Positions 37,492-47,669 are shown, numbered from the stretch's first letter. The stretch is 64,000 bases of DNA from Opitutia bacterium (GCA_002694035.1 NZKY01000028.1:659-64658), one strand, 5' to 3'. Translations and numbers: made by a program. Notes: a model not told the origin generated them from the letters alone.

Positions 37492-38355
37492 TTAATCTTT
37501 GAAAACTTTTAACCTTTCTGCAGAAAATAAAAACTGCTGGGCAAGACCGGCAAACTTTCCGAAATGCATAGAAGCAAAATGTAATTTCTGAGCCGTATTC
37601 CAGCCATTCAAATTGTATCTTTTCTCCATGCTTTTTTCAATCCAAGTATCGATTGGAAAAGCTTCCAAAAAATTGCCTCCGAAAAGCAAGGTGCAGTCTG
37701 CCACCTTTTCTCCTACACCAGGCAAACGAAGTAACTGTTTTTTTGCATCCGCATATTTAAGTTCCATGATAGATTCCAACCAATTTTGACGACTCGCAAT
37801 AAATCGAGCAGTTTGTGCAACATACTTAGCTCGGTAACCTAACTTTAACATACGTAGTTCTCTTTCTGGTATTTGAGCCAAACGATCCCAACCGGGAAAG
37901 CTATAAATATTTTCAAACAACTTTTTGCCATACTTTTGAAAGACCAGTTTACCGATTGCTTGAATTTGAGGGATACTCTTAGCAGAACTTAATAAAAAAT
38001 AAAAAAGAGTCTCGTCAATTGACTGCTTCAATATCCTGAGGCCAGGAAGTGCTTCAATACATTCTGCTAAAACTGAATCGCTTCTCCATGGTAATTCATT
38101 TATTGCATCATCATAGCTTTTTTCAACCCATAGATATTCAAGGATTTCTTCACTTGTTGCAGGATAAGTTAAGGATGTTCTCCAAAAAATTGTTCTATTT
38201 TCGAATCTCAACTCGACTACTTTTGTGCTAAATGAGCCGATCCAGGAATTGTCTGAGGTGGTGTTCCAACCAAAACATTGACCTCCGGTTAATGTTTCGT
38301 GAAATCCAAGTTTGGACAAATTTTTATATTCTATTAATTCTTTCCATGGCGACAT
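37492..38355 (-). CDS. 8-oxoguanine DNA glycosylase (OGG1/AlkA, HhH-GPD family)
   Basis: TLTGGQCFGW, LGYRAKY, LLRLPGVGEKVADC, FPIDTWI, AGLAQQFLF. Confidence 0.88.
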   Translation of the reverse strand: MSPWKELIEYKNLSKLGFHETLTGGQCFGWNTTSDNSWIGSFSTKVVELRFENRTIFWRTSLTYPATSEEILEYLWVEKSYDDAINELPWRSDSVLAECIEALPGLRILKQSIDETLFYFLLSSAKSIPQIQAIGKLVFQKYGKKLFENIYSFPGWDRLAQIPERELRMLKLGYRAKYVAQTARFIASRQNWLESIMELKYADAKKQLLRLPGVGEKVADCTLLFGGNFLEAFPIDTWIEKSMEKRYNLNGWNTAQKLHFASMHFGKFAGLAQQFLFSAERLKVFKD

Positions 38356-38372
38356 AAATTCAAGATATTTTA

Positions 38373-38840
38373 TTATTCATGGTCCCACAGAAAACTTTTT
38401 TTATAAAAAATCATCTTGTTATTAAGATCTTCAAAAACTAACTTCCAAGCAATCGGCTTTACATTTTTTGAATTCCAATCGTCACCAGTTATCCCAAGAA
38501 GAAGTTCTTTTTTAGTTTTGGAAATTTCTAAAATTTGAAATTCAAAATCTTCGACCTTTTTTTTCCCAGATCGGATAACGGAAAGTATAACTTTTACTTG
38601 ATCAGGAATTTCATCCACTTGAGCATTAAGTGGTATAAAGAAATATAAGCCTTCTTTCTTATTTGAAGTTCTATAGAATAATTGACTTCCAGTAAATTCC
38701 CGCCCTGTAAAAAATTCAGGTATTCTAGTCAGTTGTTCATTTGTTAGGAACCTGTAATAAACATTTGTTAGCTTGCTAGCAGAGATTAAATTACTAACCA
38801 AAAGTAACAACAGGATCGGGATAATAAGTTTCCCTGCCAT
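38373..38840 (-). CDS. Hypothetical secreted protein
   Basis: 155-aa ORF in operon-like spacing, with a hydrophobic signal (LIIPILLLLLVSNLISA). Confidence 0.65.
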   Translation of the reverse strand: MAGKLIIPILLLLLVSNLISASKLTNVYYRFLTNEQLTRIPEFFTGREFTGSQLFYRTSNKKEGLYFFIPLNAQVDEIPDQVKVILSVIRSGKKKVEDFEFQILEISKTKKELLLGITGDDWNSKNVKPIAWKLVFEDLNNKMIFYKKSFLWDHE

Positions 38841-38850
38841 CCCTTATAAA

Positions 38851-39168
38851 CTAGTCGCCAGAAGATTCTTTAGACTCGGAGTTGTCTCCTTCTTTGGAAG
38901 TAGTTTCCTCGGGAGTTTCAGCTTGTTTAGATTCATTATCGCCTAAAACATCAGTCGGATCTGCTTTCTCAGCAACAGGTTCAGGTTTTGATTCGACTAC
39001 TTTTTCCTTCTTAGTAGAAGTTTTCTTTGCTGGTTTTGCTTTGGCTGGTTTTGACTTTGTAGAAGCCTTTGGTTTGCTACTTACAAGTTCATTAATTGCC
39101 TCTTTACGCCTAGCAAGATATGCAACCCTGCGCCTGCGTTTCATTACTTTGTTATATTGCTTACCCAT
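38851..39168 (-). CDS. Small charge-segregated low-complexity protein (Arg-rich N-terminus, PAK-type middle, acidic tail)
   Basis: MGKQYNKVMKRRRRVAYLARRK; KPAKAKPAKK; co-oriented with its neighbours. Confidence 0.7.
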   Translation of the reverse strand: MGKQYNKVMKRRRRVAYLARRKEAINELVSSKPKASTKSKPAKAKPAKKTSTKKEKVVESKPEPVAEKADPTDVLGDNESKQAETPEETTSKEGDNSESKESSGD

Positions 39169-39239
39169 GATTTAGATTCTACATTCTGAATTATTTAAAC
39201 AAAGTAGGCAAGATTCAAAGCATAGTATAAACTATTGCT

Positions 39240-40325
39240 TTAAACGATTTCAACTGGTTTTCCTGTCTCTGCAGATTTATAGGTAGCGTCAATGATTTTC
39301 ATCAATGAAAGAGCTTGGTCAGGAGTATTTAGAGGAGCCTCTTCATCCTGGATAGAGCGGACAAAATTTTCGGCAGATCGAATTCTTCCCATATCCTCAT
39401 TCGTTTCGGTAATGACCGATCGGTTAACCGAACGCCCATATTCCTGAAAATAAAGTTCACAATCATCGATGGCTGTTTCATCTAAACCATCACTACCAAA
39501 TAGTCTTCGAATCATTCCCCCAGCCTTCTTACCTTGAAAAACGACTGAAACTTCTTCCCGCTTCACCATTTCTGCCCAAGAAACTTGGAAAGTGAGCACT
39601 TGTCCGGATTTAAATTTGATAAAGCCATGGGAAGCACTCTCTACATCAGTAACCCCATCAGCAACATCCGGAATACCCCAAGGTCCCTTAAAATTTTTAT
39701 CTTCAATAAAATCAGAAAATGTTTGTGCCAAAACATATTCAGGCTCGGGATAATCCATATAATAAAGTGCGAGATCAATCATATGCAGCAGATCAATTAG
39801 GGGGCCTCCACCCGATAAACTCTTATTCGTAAACCAACCTCCAAAACCTGGGATCCCAGTTCTTCTAATCCATTTTGCCTGAGCTGAGTTAATCGGACCA
39901 ATCTCACCCGCTTCGATGTATTCCCTTAATGCGTAAGATTCAGGGCGGGCCCGATTATTAAAATTAAACATAAGAGTTTTACCAACTTCATCAGATGCTA
40001 ATTTCATCTCGGCAACTTCATGAGCATTAAGAGCGGGTGGTTTTTCACAAAATACATGTTTGCCTGCCTTTAGAGCCTGCAAAGCCAAAGGAGCGTGTGT
40101 TCGATTAGGGGTAATTACACTCACTGCATCAAGGTCAGTAAGCCTTGAGAACATCTCCGTGGAATCTGAGAAAACATTTGAAACATCATATGTTTTAGCT
40201 GCCTTTTGAGCAGCCTCTTGATTCATATCACAAATAGCAACTATTTCGGCACCAGCTGCCCTAAATCCAGCTGCATGATATTGCAACATGCCACCTGCTC
40301 CGATTACTCCAATTTTCATATTCAT
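39240..40325 (-). CDS. Gfo/Idh/MocA family oxidoreductase
   Basis: IGVIGAGGM, HVFCEKP, GGGPLIDLLHMID. Confidence 0.93.
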   Translation of the reverse strand: MNMKIGVIGAGGMLQYHAAGFRAAGAEIVAICDMNQEAAQKAAKTYDVSNVFSDSTEMFSRLTDLDAVSVITPNRTHAPLALQALKAGKHVFCEKPPALNAHEVAEMKLASDEVGKTLMFNFNNRARPESYALREYIEAGEIGPINSAQAKWIRRTGIPGFGGWFTNKSLSGGGPLIDLLHMIDLALYYMDYPEPEYVLAQTFSDFIEDKNFKGPWGIPDVADGVTDVESASHGFIKFKSGQVLTFQVSWAEMVKREEVSVVFQGKKAGGMIRRLFGSDGLDETAIDDCELYFQEYGRSVNRSVITETNEDMGRIRSAENFVRSIQDEEAPLNTPDQALSLMKIIDATYKSAETGKPVEIV

Positions 40326-40347
40326 TTTAAAAATTTATAATAATTCT

Positions 40348-41514
40348 TCACTTTGGAATGGATGGAAACTTTATCCATTTATCCTTAGCCTTTGAGCTCT
40401 TAACCACAGTTTCAATAAAGGCCATTCCTATAATTCCATCCCGAATATCCGGAAAATCATAACCTGACTTTCGAGGGTATTTGCCAGAAATTTCGTCTTT
40501 AACCGCTACCATAGCCGAATTGTAAACATTTGCAAAAGCCTCTATAAACCCCTCGGGGTGACCAAAGGGAATACGCGTACAATCCGCAGCAGCACCTGTA
40601 ATATAATCATTCCCCCTCCGATAAATTTCTCTGGGAGCACGTGCATCTTTTACAATAAGTTCATTTGGATGTTCTTGATGCCACTCGATTGATTTTTTGG
40701 TGCCGTAAACTCGTATATTCAAATTATTTTCATCTCCGTTAGAAATTTGGGAGGCATAAATAATTCCACGAGCACCACCTTTAAAACGGACCAAGACATT
40801 ACCATCATCATCAAGAGTCCGTCCGGGAATATTTACAGATAGATCAGCACATAATGAATCAATTTCTAAGCCGGAAATATAATGAACCAAATTTTCAGCA
40901 TGTGTTCCAATATCGCCCATGCAATTTGACGCTCCGGCTATTTTCGGGTCAGCCCGCCAGTTTGAAATCGCTTTTGTTTCACCAGTGAGTGCTGTAATCG
41001 CGTATCCCTGAGGATACTCGCATACAACTTTTATAATTTTTCCCAACTTTCCCTTCTTTACCATTTCTCTGGCTTGTTTAACCATTGGGTAACCGGTGTA
41101 ATTGTGAGTTAAGGCGAAAACTTTTTTGGACTTGGTTATTATCTTCTTCAGTTCTCTTGCCTGAGCAAGATCCAAGGTAACAGGCTTGTCACAAACAACA
41201 TTAAATCCGGCCTTTAAAAATGTTTTAGCAACATCAAAATGTAGGTAGTTCTGAACAACAATACTTACAAAATCAATCCTTTCTCCGGGAGGTAATAGAG
41301 CCTCTTTTTCCGCCATCTCTTGGTATGAGCCATAAACTCTGGAAGGAGTAAGAAAGAAATCCTTTCCTGAAAGCTTTGATTTTTTCGGATCAGAAGAAAA
41401 GGCCCCCGCGACCAACTCAATCTGACCATCCAGATTGGCTGCCCTCCGATGAACCCCGCCAATAAAAGCACCGCGTCCTCCGCCCACCATTCCCATTTTT
41501 AATTTTCTATTCAT
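40348..41514 (-). CDS. Gfo/Idh/MocA family oxidoreductase
   Basis: MGMVGGGRGAFIG, VVCDKP, THNYTGYP, MGDIGTH, GHPEGFIEAFAN. Confidence 0.93.
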   Translation of the reverse strand: MNRKLKMGMVGGGRGAFIGGVHRRAANLDGQIELVAGAFSSDPKKSKLSGKDFFLTPSRVYGSYQEMAEKEALLPPGERIDFVSIVVQNYLHFDVAKTFLKAGFNVVCDKPVTLDLAQARELKKIITKSKKVFALTHNYTGYPMVKQAREMVKKGKLGKIIKVVCEYPQGYAITALTGETKAISNWRADPKIAGASNCMGDIGTHAENLVHYISGLEIDSLCADLSVNIPGRTLDDDGNVLVRFKGGARGIIYASQISNGDENNLNIRVYGTKKSIEWHQEHPNELIVKDARAPREIYRRGNDYITGAAADCTRIPFGHPEGFIEAFANVYNSAMVAVKDEISGKYPRKSGYDFPDIRDGIIGMAFIETVVKSSKAKDKWIKFPSIPK

Positions 41515-41541
41515 AAGTAGGTTATTTGGCGTTTTCTAGAA

Positions 41542-42585
41542 CTATTGATTTTCTTTATCAAATGCAGAATCAAATGCCATGGCATTCGGTTTAAAATCAA
41601 GAGATTTTACAAATTCACAAGATTCAGTTGCTCCGTGAAAACGATCCATTCGCCCATCTTCCCATTCAACGGATAGTGGACCACTGTACTGGATGTCATT
41701 CAGTGCAACTATAATCTCCTCAAAATCGACATCACCGCGTCCAACAGAACGGAAATCCCATTGTCTGCGAGGATCACCAAATGTGGTATGTCCCCCGAAT
41801 ACGCCAACAGAACCATCACCATGGCCCCACCATGCATCCTTCATGTGTGCGTGATAGATGCGATCTGAAAAAGTACGAATAAATTTTACATAATCTACAC
41901 CTTGATAACCAAGATGAGATGGATCGTAATTAAAACCAAATCGCTTATGGTTTTTAACCGCAGACAAAGCCCTTTGTGCACTAGCAATATCAAAAGCTAT
42001 TTCTGTAGGATGAACCTCTAAGGCAAAATTAACTTTTTGTTTTTCAAACTCCTGAAGGATCGGGCCAAACCGTTTTGCAAAATCTTCGAACCCCTTATCC
42101 CAGTAACTTTGATCAGTAGGAGGAAAAGCGTATATAGAATGCCATATGCTTGAGCCTGTAAATCCATTCACGACAGCAGGGAAATCGTCTTTTTTAGAAC
42201 GACCGGGTTTAGCATTTATAAAATTTCTACAGGCTTTGGCAGTTTTAGCCATTTTCTTTGCAGCTCTTTTACGAACTTTTTCTGGCTCGCCATCCCCCCA
42301 TACATCGGCGGGTAGAATAGACTTGTGCCTATCATCAATGTGATCACAGATCGCTTGCCCTACCAGATGGCTGGAAATCGCAAATGCGGTTAAATTATAA
42401 TCCGATAAAATTTCCCACCTTTCTTTACAATATTTTTGAGAAACAGCAGCCTTATCAACATCAAAATGGTCACCCCAACAAGCCAGTTCAAGACCATCAT
42501 AACCCATTTCGGCAGCCTTTTGAGCAAGGGTGGTCAGGGGAAGATCGGCCCATTGGCCAGTAAAAAGAGTAACAGGTCTTGTCAT
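41542..42585 (-). CDS. Sugar phosphate isomerase/epimerase-family TIM barrel
   Basis: [46 protein letters not shown]. Confidence 0.9.
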   Translation of the reverse strand: MTRPVTLFTGQWADLPLTTLAQKAAEMGYDGLELACWGDHFDVDKAAVSQKYCKERWEILSDYNLTAFAISSHLVGQAICDHIDDRHKSILPADVWGDGEPEKVRKRAAKKMAKTAKACRNFINAKPGRSKKDDFPAVVNGFTGSSIWHSIYAFPPTDQSYWDKGFEDFAKRFGPILQEFEKQKVNFALEVHPTEIAFDIASAQRALSAVKNHKRFGFNYDPSHLGYQGVDYVKFIRTFSDRIYHAHMKDAWWGHGDGSVGVFGGHTTFGDPRRQWDFRSVGRGDVDFEEIIVALNDIQYSGPLSVEWEDGRMDRFHGATESCEFVKSLDFKPNAMAFDSAFDKENQ

Positions 42586-42718
42586 AAGGTAATAGAGTTG
42601 GAATTAAATAATTATAAGCTCCTAAAAGGTTGAAAGCTTTTATAATTTGTTAGAAAATTATGGTGGTGCAACGATTTTTTAGGAAAAACAAATAAATTGA
42701 TTGTTTTCAGAATTGAAT

Positions 42719-43378
42719 TTAGCCGGATACCATAATCTTATCAGCTGAGTTGAAACCCAAAGAAAACTTTGGCTTTTTTTCTACTTGTACCTCAACAGTG
42801 TCAGCAATCTTTTGATACTTCAATATTTTGATGATATTCCCAGGCATTAAGCTTTTATTCTTTGCAAAATTTAAAAATTCAGTCCGCTGATCTAATATGG
42901 ATTCAATTTTCATTTTTTTTCCAACCTTACAATCAAGTAAACTTTTTTGAGAAAGCCTACGAATCACACCACTTTTTGATGGTATTGGATGTCCATGAGG
43001 GTCAAATTGTGGATTTCCTAAAAAAACATCTAGTTTTTCTAAAACTTTGTCGGAGATTGAATGCTCTAGCTCTTCCGCTTCTTCATGAATTTCACTCCAA
43101 TCCAGCCCAAGTGTTTCAACTAAAAATGTTTCGATGAGTCTGTGTCTACGGATCATCCTCATTCCAATTTTCTTACCTGACCCTGTAAGGGTTACTCCTT
43201 TCCTTGCTTTATAATTCAGCCATTTTTCTTTTTGAAGGTTCTTAACCATAGAAGTTGCTGTGCCAGGTGTAACCTTTAGTGATTCAGCAATCATGCCCAT
43301 TGGTACTTCGACACAATTTTTGTTAATTGAAATCATAAGAATCGACTTAAGATAATTTTCAACCGTTCGGCTTGGCAT
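42719..43378 (-). CDS. DtxR/MntR family metal-dependent repressor with FeoA-like C-terminal domain
   Basis: TVENYLKSI, VTPGTATSMVK, RRHRLIETFL, EEAEELEHSIS, DPHGHPIP. Confidence 0.93.
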   Translation of the reverse strand: MPSRTVENYLKSILMISINKNCVEVPMGMIAESLKVTPGTATSMVKNLQKEKWLNYKARKGVTLTGSGKKIGMRMIRRHRLIETFLVETLGLDWSEIHEEAEELEHSISDKVLEKLDVFLGNPQFDPHGHPIPSKSGVIRRLSQKSLLDCKVGKKMKIESILDQRTEFLNFAKNKSLMPGNIIKILKYQKIADTVEVQVEKKPKFSLGFNSADKIMVSG

Positions 43379-43434
43379 AATAATCTAACCATGGGCAGAT
43401 TCCTTAATTGACTCAACTCAATAAATTTATAGAC

Positions 43435-43448
43435 TTTGATTAATCAAA
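43435..43448. promoter_or_regulatory. Perfect 14-bp palindrome TTTGATTAATCAAA between the divergent repressor and troA-like genes
   Basis: Exact palindrome. A related imperfect copy (TTTGATAATCATA) lies at about 43458-43470 and a 10-bp palindrome ATAAATTTAT at 43421-43430. Confidence 0.45.
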
Positions 43449-43481
43449 ATTAAAATTTTTGATAATCATAATAATTAAAAT

Positions 43482-44438
43482 ATGTTCATAAAAATAATTT
43501 GTGCGTTCTGCATCCTAACTTTTACTTTGATTTCAAGTTCATGTGGATCAAAAGAAAGTGATGTGCTGAATGAAGAAAAATCCACCATAGTAGTTACAAC
43601 AACACAACTAAAGGACCTGGTATCGAAGATCACAAAGAGTCGTTTTAATATTGTTTCGCTTATGAAACCCGGTATTGATCCGCACACCTATAAACCAACC
43701 TCGAGAGATATTCTTGCCCTGACAAAGGCTGATCTCGTTATATATCATGGAATGATGCTTGAGGGCAGACTTTCTGAACTGCTAGAAAAAGCCGAACAGC
43801 AGGGAATTCAAACATACAATGCAACTTCATCCTTGAAAAGTGCGCGAATTATTTTTCATGGAGACATCAAAAAAAATCCCCAACCTGATCCACATGTCTG
43901 GTTCGATCCAGAAATTTGGACCACTGTTGCGGAAAACTTTACTAAGATGATCTGCCTATTTGATCCGAAAGGAAAGTCTGGCTACATAAATAATCTATTG
44001 TCATTTACCAGAGAGATTGAAGAGGTCCAAAAGTGGACAATAAAAAAAATAAGTACTATACCGACCAATAAAAGAACCTTGGTAACCAGTCATGACGCCT
44101 ACAGTTATTTTGGAAGGTCTTTTGGATTGGAAGTTGTAGCCTTACAAGGTATATCAACCCTGCTCGAGTCTGGTTTGGGCGATCGTGCCAAAGTAGTGGA
44201 TTTAATCAAAGAACAAAACATACCTGCAGTCTTTATCGAAAGTAGCGTAAACCCTAAGGCACTAAATGAAATTGCAAAAGAATGCGGGGTTTCCGTTGGA
44301 GGGGAATTATTCTCTGATGCACTGGGAACAGAAGCAACCTTATCTGTAGGCCCAGAAGGAAATTCTTATTCAGCCAACACATGGACAGGTATGATGGTAC
44401 ATAATGTTAACACTATTGTTAATTCACTTGGCAAATGA
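43482..44438 (+). CDS. troA: Mn/Zn/Fe ABC transporter substrate-binding lipoprotein (TroA/MntA cluster A-I)
   Basis: ISSSC lipobox; GIDPHTY, DPHVWFDP, TSHDAYSYF, GELFSDALG. Confidence 0.88.
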   Translation: MFIKIICAFCILTFTLISSSCGSKESDVLNEEKSTIVVTTTQLKDLVSKITKSRFNIVSLMKPGIDPHTYKPTSRDILALTKADLVIYHGMMLEGRLSELLEKAEQQGIQTYNATSSLKSARIIFHGDIKKNPQPDPHVWFDPEIWTTVAENFTKMICLFDPKGKSGYINNLLSFTREIEEVQKWTIKKISTIPTNKRTLVTSHDAYSYFGRSFGLEVVALQGISTLLESGLGDRAKVVDLIKEQNIPAVFIESSVNPKALNEIAKECGVSVGGELFSDALGTEATLSVGPEGNSYSANTWTGMMVHNVNTIVNSLGK

Positions 44439-45199
44439 AACATAAATCCCCATTACCTTTGGAAATTCATGACTTGACGATTTCATATGAAGATAAGCCG
44501 GTTCTCTACGGTATAGACCTAAAAATATCTGATGGAGTTTTGGTTGGAATAATAGGACCGAACGGTGCTGGTAAATCAACCTTGATTCAAGCAATTATGG
44601 GTATGGTAAAACCTTTGGGTGGTTGGGTTAAAATTTTCGGCCAAAAGGAGAAAAAAGCTTACTTAAGAGTCGGATATATTCCACAAAAGGAATCTGTAGA
44701 CTGGAGTTTCCCAGTATCTGTTTTGGATGTGGTACTGATGGGTAGGTACGGCCATGCTGGTTGGTTGAGAAGAATAAGTAAAAAAGATCGATCAATTGCA
44801 TACGAGTGCCTTGAAAAGGTCAATATGCACTCCTTTGCAGACAGACAAATTGGCAAACTCTCAGGCGGTCAGCAACAAAGGGTCTTTCTAGCCAGGGCAC
44901 TTGCCCAGGAGAGTGATTTATATTTGATGGATGAACCGTTTGCCGGAGTGGATGCAGTCACAGAGAATGCGACCATTGAACTTCTCAGGGAATTAAAAAA
45001 CAAAGGAAAAACTCTGATTGTTGTTCATCATGATCTTTCAAATGCGAAGGAATATTTTGATGAAATAATTTTATTGAACATGCGCTTGATTGCTCATGGA
45101 CCTGTAAAAGAAGTTTACACAAAGGAACTCCTTCAGAAGACTTATGGAGGGAGACTAACAGTATTTACCGAAATCGCAGATCAATCTACAAAAAGATAG
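44435..45199 (+). CDS. troB: Metal ABC transporter ATP-binding protein
   Basis: GPNGAGKST, LSGGQQQR, MDEPFAGVD, VVHHDL. Confidence 0.88.
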   Translation: MKHKSPLPLEIHDLTISYEDKPVLYGIDLKISDGVLVGIIGPNGAGKSTLIQAIMGMVKPLGGWVKIFGQKEKKAYLRVGYIPQKESVDWSFPVSVLDVVLMGRYGHAGWLRRISKKDRSIAYECLEKVNMHSFADRQIGKLSGGQQQRVFLARALAQESDLYLMDEPFAGVDAVTENATIELLRELKNKGKTLIVVHHDLSNAKEYFDEIILLNMRLIAHGPVKEVYTKELLQKTYGGRLTVFTEIADQSTKR

Positions 45200-45225
45200 T
45201 TAAGCATAGATTAAACCTATTTCTA

Positions 45226-46659
45226 TTGAATGCTACTAAAACATTTTCTCTGACTTTAATTTTTCTTCCAATTTCCCAACTCTTGGCAAGCACGAAGGAT
45301 TTAGATTTTTTTGACCGGACACTTAGGTTTTTTTCTTTCAATGATTATTCAGTTCAAGTTGTTGTGCTCGGAGTTATTTTTATGGGTATTGGTTGTGGAT
45401 TAATGGGAGGACTTGTGGTGACAAGAAGATTATCTTTATTCAGTGATACGCTTTCGCATGCTGTTCTTCCCGGAATTGTGATTGGCTTTATTTTAGGAGG
45501 TTTTAAGAGTTCTTTTGTAGTAATAATAGGTGCAATGGTTGCAGGTTTTCTTGGCGTGACCTTAATTTCGTCAATTACTAAGTATACAAAAATAAGACTT
45601 GATAGTGCACTTGGCTTAGTTCTTTCCGGATTCTACGCAATGGGTGTTTGCTTTTTAACAAGGATTCAGAAGTTAGAATTTGGAAATCAGTCTGGAATTG
45701 ATCGTTATATTTTTGGTCAGATTGCAGGAATTTCATCTACAGATTTATACACTATTGTAATTTCTGGGGTTTTGATTTTAGCGATCATAATTTTATTCTA
45801 CAAAGAGTTGCTTGTAACTGGATTTGATTCCAATTTTGCACATTCCATTGGGTTGCCCGTAGAATTTATTCAATATATTTTTTGGATGCTATTAGCATTT
45901 ACTGTGATTACCTCACTACAGATTGTGGGGGTTATCCTTGTTTCTGCCTTACTAATAATTCCTGCAGCTACTGCTTCGATTATTACCCAAAATATGAAGA
46001 CCCTTCTTCTATGGTCATCTTTATTCGCAGTTGTCTCAGGAATAATCGGTGCATACCTATCCTTTTTGGGAAACAGCTTACCAACAGGACCCATTATTGT
46101 TTTATGCTCGTGCTGTATTTTCATAATAATTTTATTTTTGCATTGGAAAAATGGTCTACTTTTAAAATGGTACCGCTTGCGCGGAAAAGAAAAAAAAATA
46201 GCTGTAGAAAATACATTAAAAGCAGTTTATCAGGAACTGGAAGTACAGAGATTTTCAAAAGATTTGATCCTCATTTCCGATTTGGCAAAAAGAAGACGGG
46301 TCAGCGTTCCCGAGGTTTGCCAGGAAATTATTCCTTTAATTGAACAAGAATTAGCCTTTGTAAAAGAAAGTAGTAATCCAAAACTTCGGGGAGAAAATAA
46401 AATAGCCTTATCCCCAAAAGGTTGGAGTGAGGCATGTCGAATTATTAGAAACCATAGACTTTGGGAATTGTATCTGACCAACGAGGTACAATATCAAGCA
46501 GATCATGTTCATGATGATGCTGAAAAAATTGAACACATTCTCGGAGATGAGTTGGTAAGGAAACTTGAAAAAATTCTATCCAACCCAACTAAAGATCCAC
46601 ATGGCAAACTTATCCCAAGCCAACAAGATATAAAAAGAGGTTACATGCATATTCAATGA
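45226..46659 (+). CDS. Metal ABC permease fused to a C-terminal DtxR-like domain (YtgC/YtgR-like)
   Basis: LFSDTLSHAVLPG (ABC-3 permease), then RIIRNHRLWELYL...HDDAEKIEHIL...DPHGKLIP. Confidence 0.9.
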   Translation: MNATKTFSLTLIFLPISQLLASTKDLDFFDRTLRFFSFNDYSVQVVVLGVIFMGIGCGLMGGLVVTRRLSLFSDTLSHAVLPGIVIGFILGGFKSSFVVIIGAMVAGFLGVTLISSITKYTKIRLDSALGLVLSGFYAMGVCFLTRIQKLEFGNQSGIDRYIFGQIAGISSTDLYTIVISGVLILAIIILFYKELLVTGFDSNFAHSIGLPVEFIQYIFWMLLAFTVITSLQIVGVILVSALLIIPAATASIITQNMKTLLLWSSLFAVVSGIIGAYLSFLGNSLPTGPIIVLCSCCIFIIILFLHWKNGLLLKWYRLRGKEKKIAVENTLKAVYQELEVQRFSKDLILISDLAKRRRVSVPEVCQEIIPLIEQELAFVKESSNPKLRGENKIALSPKGWSEACRIIRNHRLWELYLTNEVQYQADHVHDDAEKIEHILGDELVRKLEKILSNPTKDPHGKLIPSQQDIKRGYMHIQ

Positions 46660-47612
46660 GTGATTTCTTCCCAATCTTTGATTTTATCGATATTTTTTGG
46701 ACTCCATGGTCCACACCCCAAGATTATATTTGGAATGGAAAAATAGTTTTAATGGGGTTTTTTGTTTCTGCTTCTTGCGGAATGATTGGATCTTTTATCG
46801 TTGTAAGGAGGCTGGCCCTTATGGGAGACGCAATCAGTCATGGTATACTTCCTGGTTTGGTACTAGCATTTATTGTTTCCCAATCGAAAGCTCTTCTTCC
46901 TATGTTCATTGGTGCGTGTGCTGCTGGCATGCTATGCAACTTTTGCATCGAATGGTTAAATAAAAAAACTCCAATCAAATTGGATTCAGCAATGGGGCTC
47001 ACTTTTACCAGTTTTTTTGCTCTCGGAATTATCCTCATTGCACAGTTTGCGAATAATGCTCACATAGATGCAGAGTGTTTACTATACGGTGAAATCGGAT
47101 ATATTCCTTTAGAAAAACATATTTTTATTGGCGACTTTCATCTTGGTCCTCGTCCATTAGTTTTCATGGGGGTGGTTCTGATATCCATAACTGTTTTGAT
47201 TATTTTGTTTTACAAGCAATTAATGGTCACAAGTTTTGACCTGACTTTATCTGTTACTCTAGGGCTCCCTGTAAAAATATTTCATTACGGTCTGATGCTA
47301 TGTTTAGCATTCACTATAGTATCTTCATTTGAATCAGTAGGAGTTATATTGGTTATCGCAATGATCATTTTCCCATCCATCACTGCCTCATTTTTCGTTA
47401 CGAGAATGCCAAATATCTTATTCTCCACAATACCCTTATCAGCATTTTATTCAATTGGAGGATTTTGCTTTGCTAGATGGTTTGATTGTTCTATTGCATC
47501 AGCAATGGTAGTAGTTGCGATGTTGTGTTTTTTTGTTGCTTGGCTGGTCGGTAAAGAAAATGGAATTCTACTTAATTTTACTAAACCTAAAACATTTTCG
47601 AAAATAAAATAG
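46656..47612 (+). CDS. Metal ABC permease (TroD/YtgD-like)
   Basis: LMGDAISHGILPG, HIDAECLLYGEI, FESVGVILVIAM. Confidence 0.9.
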   Translation: MSDFFPIFDFIDIFWTPWSTPQDYIWNGKIVLMGFFVSASCGMIGSFIVVRRLALMGDAISHGILPGLVLAFIVSQSKALLPMFIGACAAGMLCNFCIEWLNKKTPIKLDSAMGLTFTSFFALGIILIAQFANNAHIDAECLLYGEIGYIPLEKHIFIGDFHLGPRPLVFMGVVLISITVLIILFYKQLMVTSFDLTLSVTLGLPVKIFHYGLMLCLAFTIVSSFESVGVILVIAMIIFPSITASFFVTRMPNILFSTIPLSAFYSIGGFCFARWFDCSIASAMVVVAMLCFFVAWLVGKENGILLNFTKPKTFSKIK

Positions 47613-47619
47613 GACCAAA

Positions 47620-47647
47620 AAAAAGCTCCCAAGATCGGGAGCTTTTT
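47620..47647. terminator. Bidirectional rho-independent terminator
   Basis: AAAAAGCTCCC-aagatc-GGGAGCTTTTT, an 11-bp stem with A/T tracts on both sides, between convergent genes. Confidence 0.88.
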
Positions 47648-47669
47648 AAATTAATTCCTAAAAAGGTGA

